From Cyanobacteriota bacterium (lineage in GTDB: Bacteria; Cyanobacteriota; Cyanobacteriia; Cyanobacteriales; Nostocaceae): a DNA stretch of 64,000 bases. The stretch is from NCBI GenBank assembly GCA_046045965.1, contig JBJOKS010000010.1, forward strand, positions 64,001 to 128,000. Direction: 5' to 3'. Position numbers and translations under genes: made by a program. Shown here piece after piece: positions 39,914-50,272 of this stretch. Numbering within the stretch: the stretch's first letter is position 1; every line of letters starts with the position of its first letter. The notes beneath the pieces were generated by a model that saw only the letters and a list, made by a program, of their open reading frames with translations, did no database searches and had not been told where the DNA came from.

Positions 39914-42898
39914 ATGGTATTACAAGTACAAAATAACACTTACGAAGCGAAAACTCAGGAAATTGCTAAACAGGTTCTTGCTGCTACTCAAGAAAGTCGT
40001 TCTTTTTTGGCTTCTTTACGTGACCAAATGCGCTGGGATGATAAGTTACTCGCTTGGGCTATGAGTAATCCTGGGTTAAGAGTACAGTTATTCCGGTTTA
40101 TAGATACTTTACCCGCTTTACACAGTAAATCAGAAATTGCCTCCCATTTGCAAGCATATTTGGGTGATGAGTCAGTAGAATTACCCGCAGCTTTAAAGGG
40201 TTTGCTGAATTTTGCTAACCCTGATTCTATGCCAGGACAGGTAGCCGCGACAACTGTGGAAACTGCTGTGCAAACTTTAGCACATAAATATATTTCTGGG
40301 GAGAATATTCAACAAGTAATCAAAACGGTGGAAAAGCTTAGAAAAGAAAAGATGGCTTTCACTATTGATTTACTTGGGGAAGCGGTAATTACGGAGATGG
40401 AAGCACAATCTTATTTAGAAAGATACATAGAATTGATGCAGCAGTTAGTGGAAGCATCAAAAAAATGGTCGCATATTCCCGCTATTGATGAAGCTGATGG
40501 GGAAATGATCCCTAAAGTTCAGGTTTCTGTAAAATTAACTGCGTTTTATTCCCAGTTTGATCCGTTAAATGCTGATGGTAGTGAACAACGGGTGAGCGAT
40601 CGCATTAAAATTTTATTACGTCGTGCTAAGGAATTGGGTGCAGCAGTCCATTTTGATATGGAACAGTACGCCTATAAGGATATCACTTTCACGATTCTCA
40701 AAAAGCTGTTAATGGAAGAGGAGTTCCGTCAACGTACAGATATCGGGATCACTATCCAAGCATATCTGCGTGACAGTGAACAAGATGCAAAAGATATCAT
40801 TGCGTGGTTAAAACAGCGCGGTTATCCTCTTACTATCCGTTTGGTTAAAGGTGCGTATTGGGATCAGGAAACTATTAAAGCTGAACAAAAACACTGGAAA
40901 CAACCAGTTTTTAATGATAAAGTGGCAACAGATGCCAATTTTGAGGCAATAACTCAGCTTTTGTTAGAAAATCACGAGTATGTTTATTCTGCCATAGGTA
41001 GTCATAATGTGCGATCCCAATCTCGTGCGATCGCCATAGCAGAAAGTCTCAATGTTCCCCGTCGTCGCTTTGAAATGCAAGTGCTTTACGGCATGGGTGA
41101 TAAAATAGCCAAAGCCTTGGTAGATAAGGGTTATCGAGTACGGGTTTATTGTCCCTACGGTGACTTGTTACCAGGAATGGCTTATTTAATTCGTCGTTTG
41201 CTGGAAAATACCGCAAATAGTTCGTTTTTACGGCAAAATCTGGAAAATAAGCCTGTTGATGAGTTGTTAGCTGCTCCAATTATAGATATGTTTCGCGCAA
41301 AGGCGCAAAGGAGCAAAGAAGAGAAGGAAGGGTTTGTTGGTGCTGCTGATACGGATTATGCTGAGGAGGAGAAAAGAAGGGTTTCTCAAGCTGCTTTCCA
41401 AAATGTGCGTCAGCAGTTGGGTAAGATTTATTTACCTTTGATTAATGGTGAGTTTGTAAATACGACGACGGTTATTGATTCTCTTAATCCTTCTAATTTT
41501 AGTGAGGTGGTTGGTAAGGTTGGACTTATCAGCGTTGAACAAGCTGAGGAAGCAATGAAAGCTGCTAAAGCTGCTTTTCCTGGTTGGAAGAAGACTCCAG
41601 TTAAGCAACGTGCTGATATTCTGCGGAAAGCTGCTGATTTGATGGAATTAAGACGCGCTGAGTTATCTGCGTGGATTGTTTTGGAGGTTGGTAAACCTGT
41701 TAAGGAAGCTGATGCGGAAGTTTCGGAAGCGATTGATTTTTGTCGTTATTACGCTGATGAGATGGAACGTCTGGATAAAGGTGTAATTTATGACGTTGCT
41801 GGAGAAACTAATCGTTATATTTACCAACCTAAAGGAATTGCGGTTGTAATTTCTCCTTGGAATTTTCCTTTGGCTATAGCTTGCGGGATGACTGTTGCTG
41901 CTTTGGTTTCAGGAAATTGTACTTTGCTCAAACCTGCGGAAACATCTTCTGTGATTACTTCTAAGTTGACGGAAATTTTGATGGAAGCGGGAATACCCAA
42001 AGGTGTTTTTCAATACGTTCCTGGTAAGGGTTCTCAAGTTGGCGCGTATTTGGTGAATCATCCTGATACTCATGTGATTGCTTTTACTGGTTCGCAGGAA
42101 GTGGGATGTCGAATTTACGCAGAAGCAGCAATTTTAAAACCTGGTCAAAAGCATCTGAAGAAAGTAATTGCGGAGATGGGTGGGAAGAATGCAATTATTG
42201 TTGATGAAAGTGCTGATTTAGACCAGGCTGTAGTGGGAGTTGTGCAGTCTGCTTTTGGTTACAGTGGTCAAAAATGTTCTGCTTGTTCACGGGTAATTGT
42301 TCTGCAACCTATTTATGATGCTTTTGTGGAAAGGTTGGTGGAAGCTACTAAGTCTTTAAACATTGGTGAAGCGGAGTTACCCAGTACCCAAGTTGGTCCT
42401 GTGATTGATGGAAATGCACGCGATCGCATTTTAGAATATATTGAGATTGGAAAAAAAGAAGCTAATTTAGCTTTGGAGTTATCTGCATCAACTCAAGGTT
42501 ATTTTATCGGACCTGTGATTTTTTCTGAAGTTCCCCCCGATGGAGTAATTGCACAGCAGGAAATATTTGGTCCTGTTTTATCGGTGATTCGTGCTAAGGA
42601 TTTTACGGAAGCTTTGAAAATTGCCAACTCCACAAATTACGCTTTAACAGGTGGTATTTATTCTCGTACACCTTCCCACATTGAACAAGCACAGGCAGAA
42701 TTTGAAGTTGGTAATTTGTATATTAACCGGAATATTACCGGGGCAATTGTGGCACGTCAACCTTTTGGCGGTTTTAAACTTTCTGGTGTGGGTTCAAAAG
42801 CAGGTGGACCTGATTATTTATTGCAGTTTTTAGAACCAAGGAGTATTACAGAGAACATTCAACGTCAGGGTTTTGCACCGATAGAAGGTAATGAGTAA
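39914..42898 (+). CDS. putA: Bifunctional proline dehydrogenase / P5C dehydrogenase
   Basis: RLVKGAYWD, RRLLEN, ISPWNFP, EMGGKN, GQKCSAC. Confidence 0.95.
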   Translation: MVLQVQNNTYEAKTQEIAKQVLAATQESRSFLASLRDQMRWDDKLLAWAMSNPGLRVQLFRFIDTLPALHSKSEIASHLQAYLGDESVELPAALKGLLNFANPDSMPGQVAATTVETAVQTLAHKYISGENIQQVIKTVEKLRKEKMAFTIDLLGEAVITEMEAQSYLERYIELMQQLVEASKKWSHIPAIDEADGEMIPKVQVSVKLTAFYSQFDPLNADGSEQRVSDRIKILLRRAKELGAAVHFDMEQYAYKDITFTILKKLLMEEEFRQRTDIGITIQAYLRDSEQDAKDIIAWLKQRGYPLTIRLVKGAYWDQETIKAEQKHWKQPVFNDKVATDANFEAITQLLLENHEYVYSAIGSHNVRSQSRAIAIAESLNVPRRRFEMQVLYGMGDKIAKALVDKGYRVRVYCPYGDLLPGMAYLIRRLLENTANSSFLRQNLENKPVDELLAAPIIDMFRAKAQRSKEEKEGFVGAADTDYAEEEKRRVSQAAFQNVRQQLGKIYLPLINGEFVNTTTVIDSLNPSNFSEVVGKVGLISVEQAEEAMKAAKAAFPGWKKTPVKQRADILRKAADLMELRRAELSAWIVLEVGKPVKEADAEVSEAIDFCRYYADEMERLDKGVIYDVAGETNRYIYQPKGIAVVISPWNFPLAIACGMTVAALVSGNCTLLKPAETSSVITSKLTEILMEAGIPKGVFQYVPGKGSQVGAYLVNHPDTHVIAFTGSQEVGCRIYAEAAILKPGQKHLKKVIAEMGGKNAIIVDESADLDQAVVGVVQSAFGYSGQKCSACSRVIVLQPIYDAFVERLVEATKSLNIGEAELPSTQVGPVIDGNARDRILEYIEIGKKEANLALELSASTQGYFIGPVIFSEVPPDGVIAQQEIFGPVLSVIRAKDFTEALKIANSTNYALTGGIYSRTPSHIEQAQAEFEVGNLYINRNITGAIVARQPFGGFKLSGVGSKAGGPDYLLQFLEPRSITENIQRQGFAPIEGNE

Positions 42899-43028
42899 TT
42901 AATTTGTAGGGGTAATTCATGAATTACCCCATTTTGAAATAACGAACCGCAGAGGACGCAGAGAACGCAGAGAAAATACACAGAAAAAATAAGGTTTAAG
43001 AGATATTTTTTGTGAGTGTTTAATATCT

Positions 43029-43072
43029 ACATCCTGTAAATCCTTAAATCCTGGATATCCTGATTCTGACAA
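43029..43072 (+). repeat. 44-bp direct repeat, left copy (ATCCTG family)
   Basis: ACATCCTGTAAATCCTTAAATCCTGGATATCCTGATTCTGACAA, identical to 43818-43861. Confidence 0.95.
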
Positions 43073-43121
43073 ATGGTAATATTTTGATGTTATAATAATA
43101 TATTAGGGTGTCTATATATTT

Positions 43122-43331
43122 ATGGGGAAGAAGGGTGATCTTAAACAAGTTGATGCAATTGCTAGAGAATTTCGGATGTCAGACGAATTAAGATATGATT
43201 TTGGTGAATTTATAGAGGAAGAAAAAAGAAATGGTTATGGTGGAACTTTAAATGAAAGAGGTGACTTTACATATCAGGAACTTAGACAAAAAGCTAAAGA
43301 ATTTTTAGAGGGTATTAATTATGAGTCCTAA
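43122..43331 (+). CDS. Small protein resembling an orphan polymorphic-toxin C-terminal tip
   Basis: QVDAIAREF..RYDFGEFIEEEK..GDFTYQELRQKAKEF; resemblance is from memory of Rhs-type tips. Confidence 0.5.
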   Translation: MGKKGDLKQVDAIAREFRMSDELRYDFGEFIEEEKRNGYGGTLNERGDFTYQELRQKAKEFLEGINYES

Positions 43332-43812
43332 AACATCTCTTACTAATTCAATACTAACTCTCAATCAAATTATTCAACCCATTATTGGCGAAACTTGTCA
43401 TCAAGTTAGATTTAGTTATGGTGATGAATTACGGTTACATTTTGGTGAAATGAAACCTTATCATCATCCTAAATTAAAACATTTACGCAAAGGAAGCTGG
43501 CAACTTAGCACCAGAGCAACCCCTTGGTATGTAATGCAAAATGATCATTTTGTACCACTATACACTACATATCGTGCTAAAATATTTTTAGAGCATTTAG
43601 AAAACAAAAAACTAACTAATTTTGTCATTGATCCTAATAAGAATTTTCAACTAACCTTATCCTTTGAAGAGAGTTACGAACTGGTTTTAGAACCAGATTT
43701 AGAAGATGATTCTGGGCTTGCATATTGGGAATTATTAATGCCAAATGAGCAAATTTTAATAGTTGGACCTGGAGTGTTTTGGGAATGTAAATCAATTCAT
43801 GAACGTGATTAG
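43321..43812 (+). CDS. Hypothetical protein, immunity-protein-like
   Basis: Overlaps the upstream gene by 11 bp; IIGETC..LRLHFG..GSWQL..PW..LTLSFE..WELLMP pattern. Confidence 0.55.
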   Translation: MSPKTSLTNSILTLNQIIQPIIGETCHQVRFSYGDELRLHFGEMKPYHHPKLKHLRKGSWQLSTRATPWYVMQNDHFVPLYTTYRAKIFLEHLENKKLTNFVIDPNKNFQLTLSFEESYELVLEPDLEDDSGLAYWELLMPNEQILIVGPGVFWECKSIHERD

Positions 43813-43817
43813 TCTAG

Positions 43818-43861
43818 ACATCCTGTAAATCCTTAAATCCTGGATATCCTGATTCTGACAA
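43818..43861 (+). repeat. 44-bp direct repeat, right copy
   Basis: Identical to 43029-43072. Confidence 0.95.
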
Positions 43862-43946
43862 CCACCAATAATTATAATTAAAATTATATTTTCTAAATGT
43901 TAATATATCCCCGACTTCTTCAAAAAAGCCGGAGAGCTAAACCTAA

Positions 43947-44258
43947 TTATCTCTTAGGACACTGGGGTAAACTTTTCTCAGCATAATTACAATCAAAGTA
44001 AATTAATGCTTCTCTACTGGATCTAAAGTTTACACTTCGCAAATAACTGTCTTTTTGCGGATCTGCATCTTTATTCCAAATCTTTAAGTAGTAATCAGTA
44101 CCATCATCACTAGACCATAACTCATAGCGGTACTCACCACCATAACCTTCACTCCTTAAGTAGTCAGCTAGTGCAGCATTATTAGCAGTCATAAGGGTAA
44201 TTACGGTTAAGATAGGCAATAAAACCACTTTCAATATTTTAACTGTCTTCATAGACAC
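43947..44258 (-). CDS. Small secreted hypothetical protein
   Basis: Signal peptide (ALA), C-terminal Cys pair. Confidence 0.7.
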   Translation of the reverse strand: MSMKTVKILKVVLLPILTVITLMTANNAALADYLRSEGYGGEYRYELWSSDDGTDYYLKIWNKDADPQKDSYLRSVNFRSSREALIYFDCNYAEKSLPQCPKR

Positions 44259-44521
44259 ACCTATTATCTCTTACAGTTCAATCATAATGTAACTGCGTAC
44301 CAGTGTCGAGATAAAAACCAGTAAAATTTACCTAAACTTTATAAAAATGTATAAAACTGTGCGCCTTTGTATTTGAGCGCAAAACAAAAACGCTAACATC
44401 CTCAAGATAGATATCTTCTCTCTTAAATTATGCAAAAATAAGAATAAAAACAGATGTTAAAAAAAATGACCCCATTTTCTATTCTTAACTACTGAACTCC
44501 TATCCCCAGGAGGTATAACTT

Positions 44522-45454
44522 ATGATAGATAAAGATATAAGAATTGTTTCTTTACTTCCTAGTGCTACCGAAATAGCTGCTACACTTGGTTTACAGGATG
44601 CTATTGTTGGGCGATCGCATGAATGTGACTATCCCCCAGAAATATCCCATATTCCTGTTTGTACCCAAGCACGTTTAAATTGTGAACAGCCTAGCAATAT
44701 CATTAATGATGAAGTGAACAAGATATTGCAATCTGCTCTGAGTATTTACAAAATTAAAGTTGATATTTTAGAGAAATTGCAACCTACGCACATCCTCACT
44801 CAAGATCAATGTGATGTCTGTGCAGTCAGCTTACCAGAAGTGGAGAAAGCTGTTACTCAACTTACCCACAGTTCACCGCAGATTATCTCTTTACAGCCTA
44901 ACACACTGCGGGATGTGTGGGGTGATATTGAACGAGTTGGTCAAACCTTTGGGGTAGACTCAGTAAAAATCATTGAAAATTTAGAAGCCAGAGTTAAAAT
45001 TTGTAACCGGAAAATCCAAGGACTTTCTGTTACAGAAATGCCTACAGTTGCTTGTATCGAGTGGACTGATCCGGTGATCACGGCTGCAAATTGGATACCT
45101 GAATTAGTGAACTTAGCTGGTGGACAGACGTTATTTAGTGTTAGTGGTAAACCTTCTGCTCACATCAACTGGGAAACCTTGGTTGCTACTAACCCCGATG
45201 TCATAATTTTTATGCCGTGCGGTTTTAATTTACAACGGACTCAGCAAGAAGCGAAACTATTAACTCAGCATTCAGAGTGGGAAAAACTACACGCTGTCAA
45301 AGCTGGGAGAGTATTCATTACTGATGGTAATGCCTATTTTAACCGACCCGGACCGCGTTTAGTTGACTCTGTGGAAATTTTAGCAGAAATTCTGCATCCA
45401 GAAATATTTGATTATGGTTATCAAGGTACTGGATGGCAAACTTTACACAACTAA
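44522..45454 (+). CDS. Cobalamin/Fe-siderophore-type substrate-binding protein (BtuF-like)
   Basis: RIVSLLPSATEI, SHECDYP, FNRPGPRL; no signal peptide. Confidence 0.85.
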   Translation: MIDKDIRIVSLLPSATEIAATLGLQDAIVGRSHECDYPPEISHIPVCTQARLNCEQPSNIINDEVNKILQSALSIYKIKVDILEKLQPTHILTQDQCDVCAVSLPEVEKAVTQLTHSSPQIISLQPNTLRDVWGDIERVGQTFGVDSVKIIENLEARVKICNRKIQGLSVTEMPTVACIEWTDPVITAANWIPELVNLAGGQTLFSVSGKPSAHINWETLVATNPDVIIFMPCGFNLQRTQQEAKLLTQHSEWEKLHAVKAGRVFITDGNAYFNRPGPRLVDSVEILAEILHPEIFDYGYQGTGWQTLHN

Positions 45455-45606
45455 GATTAGCTGAAGCAACCGCCAAACACAGCCAGTCTGTAATACTTCC
45501 AAGGTACTGCCACAGTTGTCAAACCAATGGTCGAAAACATAGAAGTTAATGGAGTTCTCAAATGGGTGCGTTAAGGTATTTAACTATTTAACGCACCCCA
45601 AAACAA

Positions 45607-47883
45607 TTACCCCTGTAATTCCTCAATTTGACCAACTCTGCGAATGTTCAGAATATCACTCATTTTTTTAATCTGCACAAATAAGTGTTCTAATTGAGAG
45701 CGATCGCGGATATCAATTCCCAAGTCCATCAACGCTGGTTGTCCCAAAGCCGTTTTTACATTAGCATGACGGACATTTATGCCTTGGTCACTCAACCGTG
45801 ATAAAATATCTTTTAAGATTCCCACTCTATCAAGTGTTTCAATTTGAATCTCGATGGGGTAAGTATGAGGACGACCATGATGTTCTATTCCCGTATTCCA
45901 TCTGACGGGTACTAGACGTTCACACTCCACATTCTCCACATTATGACATCCTTGGCGATGGATAGATATACCCCTGCCTCTCGTTACCACACCAATAATA
46001 GCTTCACCAGGAATCGGCGTACAACACCCAGCTACATGATAAACCAACCCTTCCACACCAATAATAGGTGAATCACTAGCACGAGAAGTAGTTGATGATA
46101 TTTCCCTTGCGGTTTTTGATGTTGATTCCTTGGGTATAAATGGGATTACATCAGCCACAGGTTGTTGTGCTTTCACCACTTCGCGCCAGCGATTTAACAC
46201 TAAGTTTAAGGTAATTTCCCCGTAACCTAAACCTGCCAGTAAATCTTCCACACTGTGATAATTGCACTTTTCGGCTACAGTCTGCATTGCATCTGATTTC
46301 AGCAAGTTATCAAAACCGGTTTTACCAAGTTCCTTCTCTAATAAATCTCGTCCCCGCGCCACATTTTCTTCCCGACGCGATCGCTTGTACCATTGTTTAA
46401 TTCTATACTTTGCTGCCGAAGTTCGGGCAAAATTCAACCAATCCAAACTAGGATGGCTATTTTTTTGCGTAATAATATCCACAATATCACCATTGTGTAA
46501 CCGCGTTGATAATGGCACTATCCGCCCATTTACCCGCGCCCCCGCACAATGATTTCCCACCTCTGTATGAATTCGATAAGCAAAATCTATACTCGTAGAT
46601 CCGGGACTTAACGGTACAACATCCCCCTTAGGGGTGAAGACATAAACATCATCTTCAAATAGATTGTCTTTAACACTATCTAAATATTCCTGCGCGTCTT
46701 TTAAATCACTCTGCCAATCCAATAATTGCCGCAACCAAGTAAACTTTTCATCTGAACCTGTAGGTTGACTAAAAGTAGAACCGCCGGTTTCTTTATACTT
46801 CCAATGTGCAGCAATCCCGTACTCAGCAATATGATGCATTTCCATTGTCCGAATTTGCACTTCCAAAGGGCGACCAGTCAAACCAATTACCCCAGTATGC
46901 AAGGACTGGTAACGATTGGGTTTGGGCAAACCGATGTAATCTTTAAATCTGCCGGGAATGGGACGAAAAGCATCATGAACCACCGCCAAAGCCCGATAAC
47001 ATTCCTCATTAGTCTGCACAATTATTCGCAGTGCAGCCAAATCATAAATTTCATGAAATTCCTTTTGCTGACGCTGCATTTTTTGATAAATGCTATAAAG
47101 ATGTTTGGGACGACCGCTAATTTCCAAACATTTAATACCCGCCTGTTCCATTCGTTCCCGCAATACTTCCTTAGCTTTAGTCAATTTTTCTTCCCGTGCT
47201 GTCCGTTTTTCCGAAACGTGCTGCTGCATTTCCCGGTAAGCATCAGGTTCCAAATATTTAAATGCCAAATCCTCCAATTCCCATTTAATATGCCATATAC
47301 CCAAGCGATTAGCCAAAGGTGCAAAGATATCTCGTGTTTCCTGGGCGCTACGGCGACGGCTGGCTTCTGACATATACTGCAAGGTTCGCATATTATGCAA
47401 ACGGTCTGCCAACTTCACCACAATTACCCGAATATCCTGCGCCATTGCCAAAAACATCCGCCGGAAATTTTCCGCTTGGCTTTCAGTTTTGCTGGTGAAA
47501 TTAATTTTAGACAGCTTGGTGACACCTTCCACCAATTGCCTGACTTCTGCTCCAAAATGCTCTTCTATTTCTTCACTTGTAACTTCTGTATCTTCAACTA
47601 CATCATGAAGAAATCCAGCTGCTATCATAGCAGCACTGCCTCCCAAATCTCGCAGCAAGCCGGCTACAGCTACTGGATGGGCAATATAAGCTTCTCCAGA
47701 TTTGCGATACTGTCCTTGATGCAGTTGGTAGGCAAATTTAAAGGCATTACAAATCAAATTAACATCGTTGTGCGTTCGGTCATCTTCCGCCGTGTTGCCT
47801 TTGACTGATGTTTCTCGTAAACATTTCTTAAGCCATTCCGGAAGACTGACATCAACTGAGGAATCAACAAGTAAGCTGCTCAT
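45607..47883 (-). CDS. relA: (p)ppGpp synthetase/hydrolase RelA/SpoT
   Basis: LHDVVEDT, KLADRLHNMRT, YQSLHT, TGS and ACT domains. Confidence 0.96.
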   Translation of the reverse strand: MSSLLVDSSVDVSLPEWLKKCLRETSVKGNTAEDDRTHNDVNLICNAFKFAYQLHQGQYRKSGEAYIAHPVAVAGLLRDLGGSAAMIAAGFLHDVVEDTEVTSEEIEEHFGAEVRQLVEGVTKLSKINFTSKTESQAENFRRMFLAMAQDIRVIVVKLADRLHNMRTLQYMSEASRRRSAQETRDIFAPLANRLGIWHIKWELEDLAFKYLEPDAYREMQQHVSEKRTAREEKLTKAKEVLRERMEQAGIKCLEISGRPKHLYSIYQKMQRQQKEFHEIYDLAALRIIVQTNEECYRALAVVHDAFRPIPGRFKDYIGLPKPNRYQSLHTGVIGLTGRPLEVQIRTMEMHHIAEYGIAAHWKYKETGGSTFSQPTGSDEKFTWLRQLLDWQSDLKDAQEYLDSVKDNLFEDDVYVFTPKGDVVPLSPGSTSIDFAYRIHTEVGNHCAGARVNGRIVPLSTRLHNGDIVDIITQKNSHPSLDWLNFARTSAAKYRIKQWYKRSRREENVARGRDLLEKELGKTGFDNLLKSDAMQTVAEKCNYHSVEDLLAGLGYGEITLNLVLNRWREVVKAQQPVADVIPFIPKESTSKTAREISSTTSRASDSPIIGVEGLVYHVAGCCTPIPGEAIIGVVTRGRGISIHRQGCHNVENVECERLVPVRWNTGIEHHGRPHTYPIEIQIETLDRVGILKDILSRLSDQGINVRHANVKTALGQPALMDLGIDIRDRSQLEHLFVQIKKMSDILNIRRVGQIEELQG

Positions 47884-48458
47884 ACAAGAGAGATGATAAG
47901 TTTTTGGTGGATAAGTCAGATATAGACGAAAATGACAGCATCGTCAAAATCAGAAGATGCTGCCCTACAGATGAGTAGGAAAAATAATTTGAATATGAGT
48001 TTCTAATTACCTGTGATCATAATCCATTGCGGGGATAGAGGCACGTAAGGACTGAAAATACCTTACTGGCAAACAAAACCTCAAAGTCGGATCTAAGGCT
48101 TGCGGTTTGATTAATGTACCACAATTATATATTGTCGCTGATAATGGCAGATATTAAACATGACCACATACTTTACAATAGTCAACAGGACTTTTAGAGT
48201 AGCTCAGTTCAAGCTGGAAAAATGTGTACACTATTACCTGTTGTCGATAATTCTACCTTTGTACCCACTGCTAAAGCTTGACTGGTCATGATACGGGCAT
48301 GGATCTCTTTCCCAGAAGGGGTTTTTCAACAATATTGATCTTCTCTTCCTAAAAAGCGGCGGGTAGTAATAACGACAGTTGCATCTGTAGATGGATTTAA
48401 AATTAAATCTTCTTGGCGATCAAAACCTTAACCGAAAACTATCTTCACTAAAATTTAG

Positions 48459-48812
48459 ATGTCTCTAAATCTTGAAAAATATCAGGAATTCGCCACATTA
48501 CTAGAGCAATTATGCTCTGATGTCACTAATACTCAACTAGATGCTCCCAGTTTACGACAGCGTTTAACTGAGTTGCAGCAATGGTTTGTGCAGCAAATTG
48601 TATCTTTAACTGATTTAGACTCGCGGCAACAGTCCTATCAAACGGAAATGAGTAAGCAACTGCGTTTATTAGAAATAGATGTGATGTTTCTTCAAGGTGC
48701 AAGACAGTCAGCAACAGCACAGGCAAGAATAAAAATGATTGAAGAACGGTTTAAAAATTTAATTAGATATTGTCAGGCTATTTTGCAAGCAGATGAGAAT
48801 GGAGAAAAATAA
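48459..48812 (+). CDS. patD: Heterocyst frequency control protein PatD
   Basis: QSYQTEMSKQLRLLEIDVMFLQGAR; divergent from relA. Confidence 0.75.
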   Translation: MSLNLEKYQEFATLLEQLCSDVTNTQLDAPSLRQRLTELQQWFVQQIVSLTDLDSRQQSYQTEMSKQLRLLEIDVMFLQGARQSATAQARIKMIEERFKNLIRYCQAILQADENGEK

Positions 48813-48906
48813 ATGAAAAATAAATACTGCTGCTTTTTTTAGCATATTTTATGGTAGGTTGGTTGCAACTACAGGGCAACCTAACCTAAGTAAGCAAAGA
48901 ATTTAT

Positions 48907-50142
48907 ATGTTTACTAGAATACGAAATCTGTTAAGTGGATTTTTTAAGAACTCCAAAACAATCAACAACGAACCACTCAATAAAGTGAGTTTGATTGTGA
49001 TTATTTTAGTCGATATTTTTATTTTAATCAACGTTTTTACAGGTTTAGAGGATATTAGTAGATGGTATCTTAGCCCCTACCAAGCTTATCCATGTTATTC
49101 AGAATGGGATAATTATAATCGAGCAACTGCTAAAGATAAAGATTATGAAATCATCAGAAATTCAATAGCATACAATAATAATCAACCCAAGTTTAGAGAA
49201 ACATATCAACAGAAAGAAGTCGGACATTTGGGTAAGGTTTCGGAAATATGTCTGAGCTATGGCGAATCCAAAGATACCCTAAATAATGGAAAAAATCAGA
49301 AAAATATCACAGCTATAAATCAGACACAAGATAAAATTAATAAACTAGAACAAGCAAATACAACTATTCGTAATCAATATGATTCCACACTCTTAGATAA
49401 AATTGCCGGACAATCTTCGGGAAATTCCATTAATCAAGTTAGGGCTGAAAAAGCTAAACAAGAATTAGATAAAAATAACCAGCAAATTTCCCAACTAAAA
49501 CAGGAAATTAACAATCTCAAAAATCAGCTTCTGAATCAACCAGAAAGTCTTAATTTTATATCTTTTCTTCAAGATAACAGTAAATTTGCCACACTTGAAA
49601 AAGGCTATAAAAGTGCCTCATTCTGGTATCCTAGTATTCAGTTTACTTTTCAATCAATCTTTCTCCTACCTCTAATTCTCATTGCTTTATTTGTCCATAG
49701 AGTAAGCCAAAGTAGAGGATATGGACTCATAGCCTTAATTAGCTGGCATTTGCTGGTCATATTTTTAATTCCGCTGATTCTCAAAATATTACAATTTCTG
49801 CAAGTTGGCGTAATATTTCAATTCTTATTTGATCTTGTTAGCACCCTATTTGGTGGGTTGCTGTTCTTAATTAGTTATGTTTATATCTTGTTAATTCCTC
49901 TGCTGGGTTTTGGAATTATCAAGTTTTTTCAAACCGTTGTTTTTAATACCAAATTTCAAGCTGCGAAAAGAGTTCAAAAATCACAATGTATCAACTGTGC
50001 AAAAACCATTAAATCCCATGATGCCCATTGTCCACATTGCGGTTATTATCAATATGTAGAATGCCACAACTGCCATAATTTAACTTACAAAAAGTTGCCT
50101 TATTGTTATCATTGTGGAACTGAGCAAAATTATACGGAGTGA
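48907..50142 (+). CDS. Membrane protein with coiled-coil loop and C-terminal zinc ribbons
   Basis: TM segments; CINC..CPHC..CHNC..CYHC. Confidence 0.8.
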   Translation: MFTRIRNLLSGFFKNSKTINNEPLNKVSLIVIILVDIFILINVFTGLEDISRWYLSPYQAYPCYSEWDNYNRATAKDKDYEIIRNSIAYNNNQPKFRETYQQKEVGHLGKVSEICLSYGESKDTLNNGKNQKNITAINQTQDKINKLEQANTTIRNQYDSTLLDKIAGQSSGNSINQVRAEKAKQELDKNNQQISQLKQEINNLKNQLLNQPESLNFISFLQDNSKFATLEKGYKSASFWYPSIQFTFQSIFLLPLILIALFVHRVSQSRGYGLIALISWHLLVIFLIPLILKILQFLQVGVIFQFLFDLVSTLFGGLLFLISYVYILLIPLLGFGIIKFFQTVVFNTKFQAAKRVQKSQCINCAKTIKSHDAHCPHCGYYQYVECHNCHNLTYKKLPYCYHCGTEQNYTE

Positions 50143-50272
50143 ACCCTACAAAATATTTTAACTACAATCAAAAGCATAATTATGAACATCTAACACCTAC
50201 TTTTGCTAATCTGCTAGACTATCCTAAATTTACGTTTTATATAAACAGGCAGCGCACAGCCGATAATTAACT

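Noticed and set aside
46262..47808. Long antisense ORFs within relA (similar ones in lepA, purL, petD, ctpA)
   Set aside because: Shadow frames of well-conserved genes, without motifs
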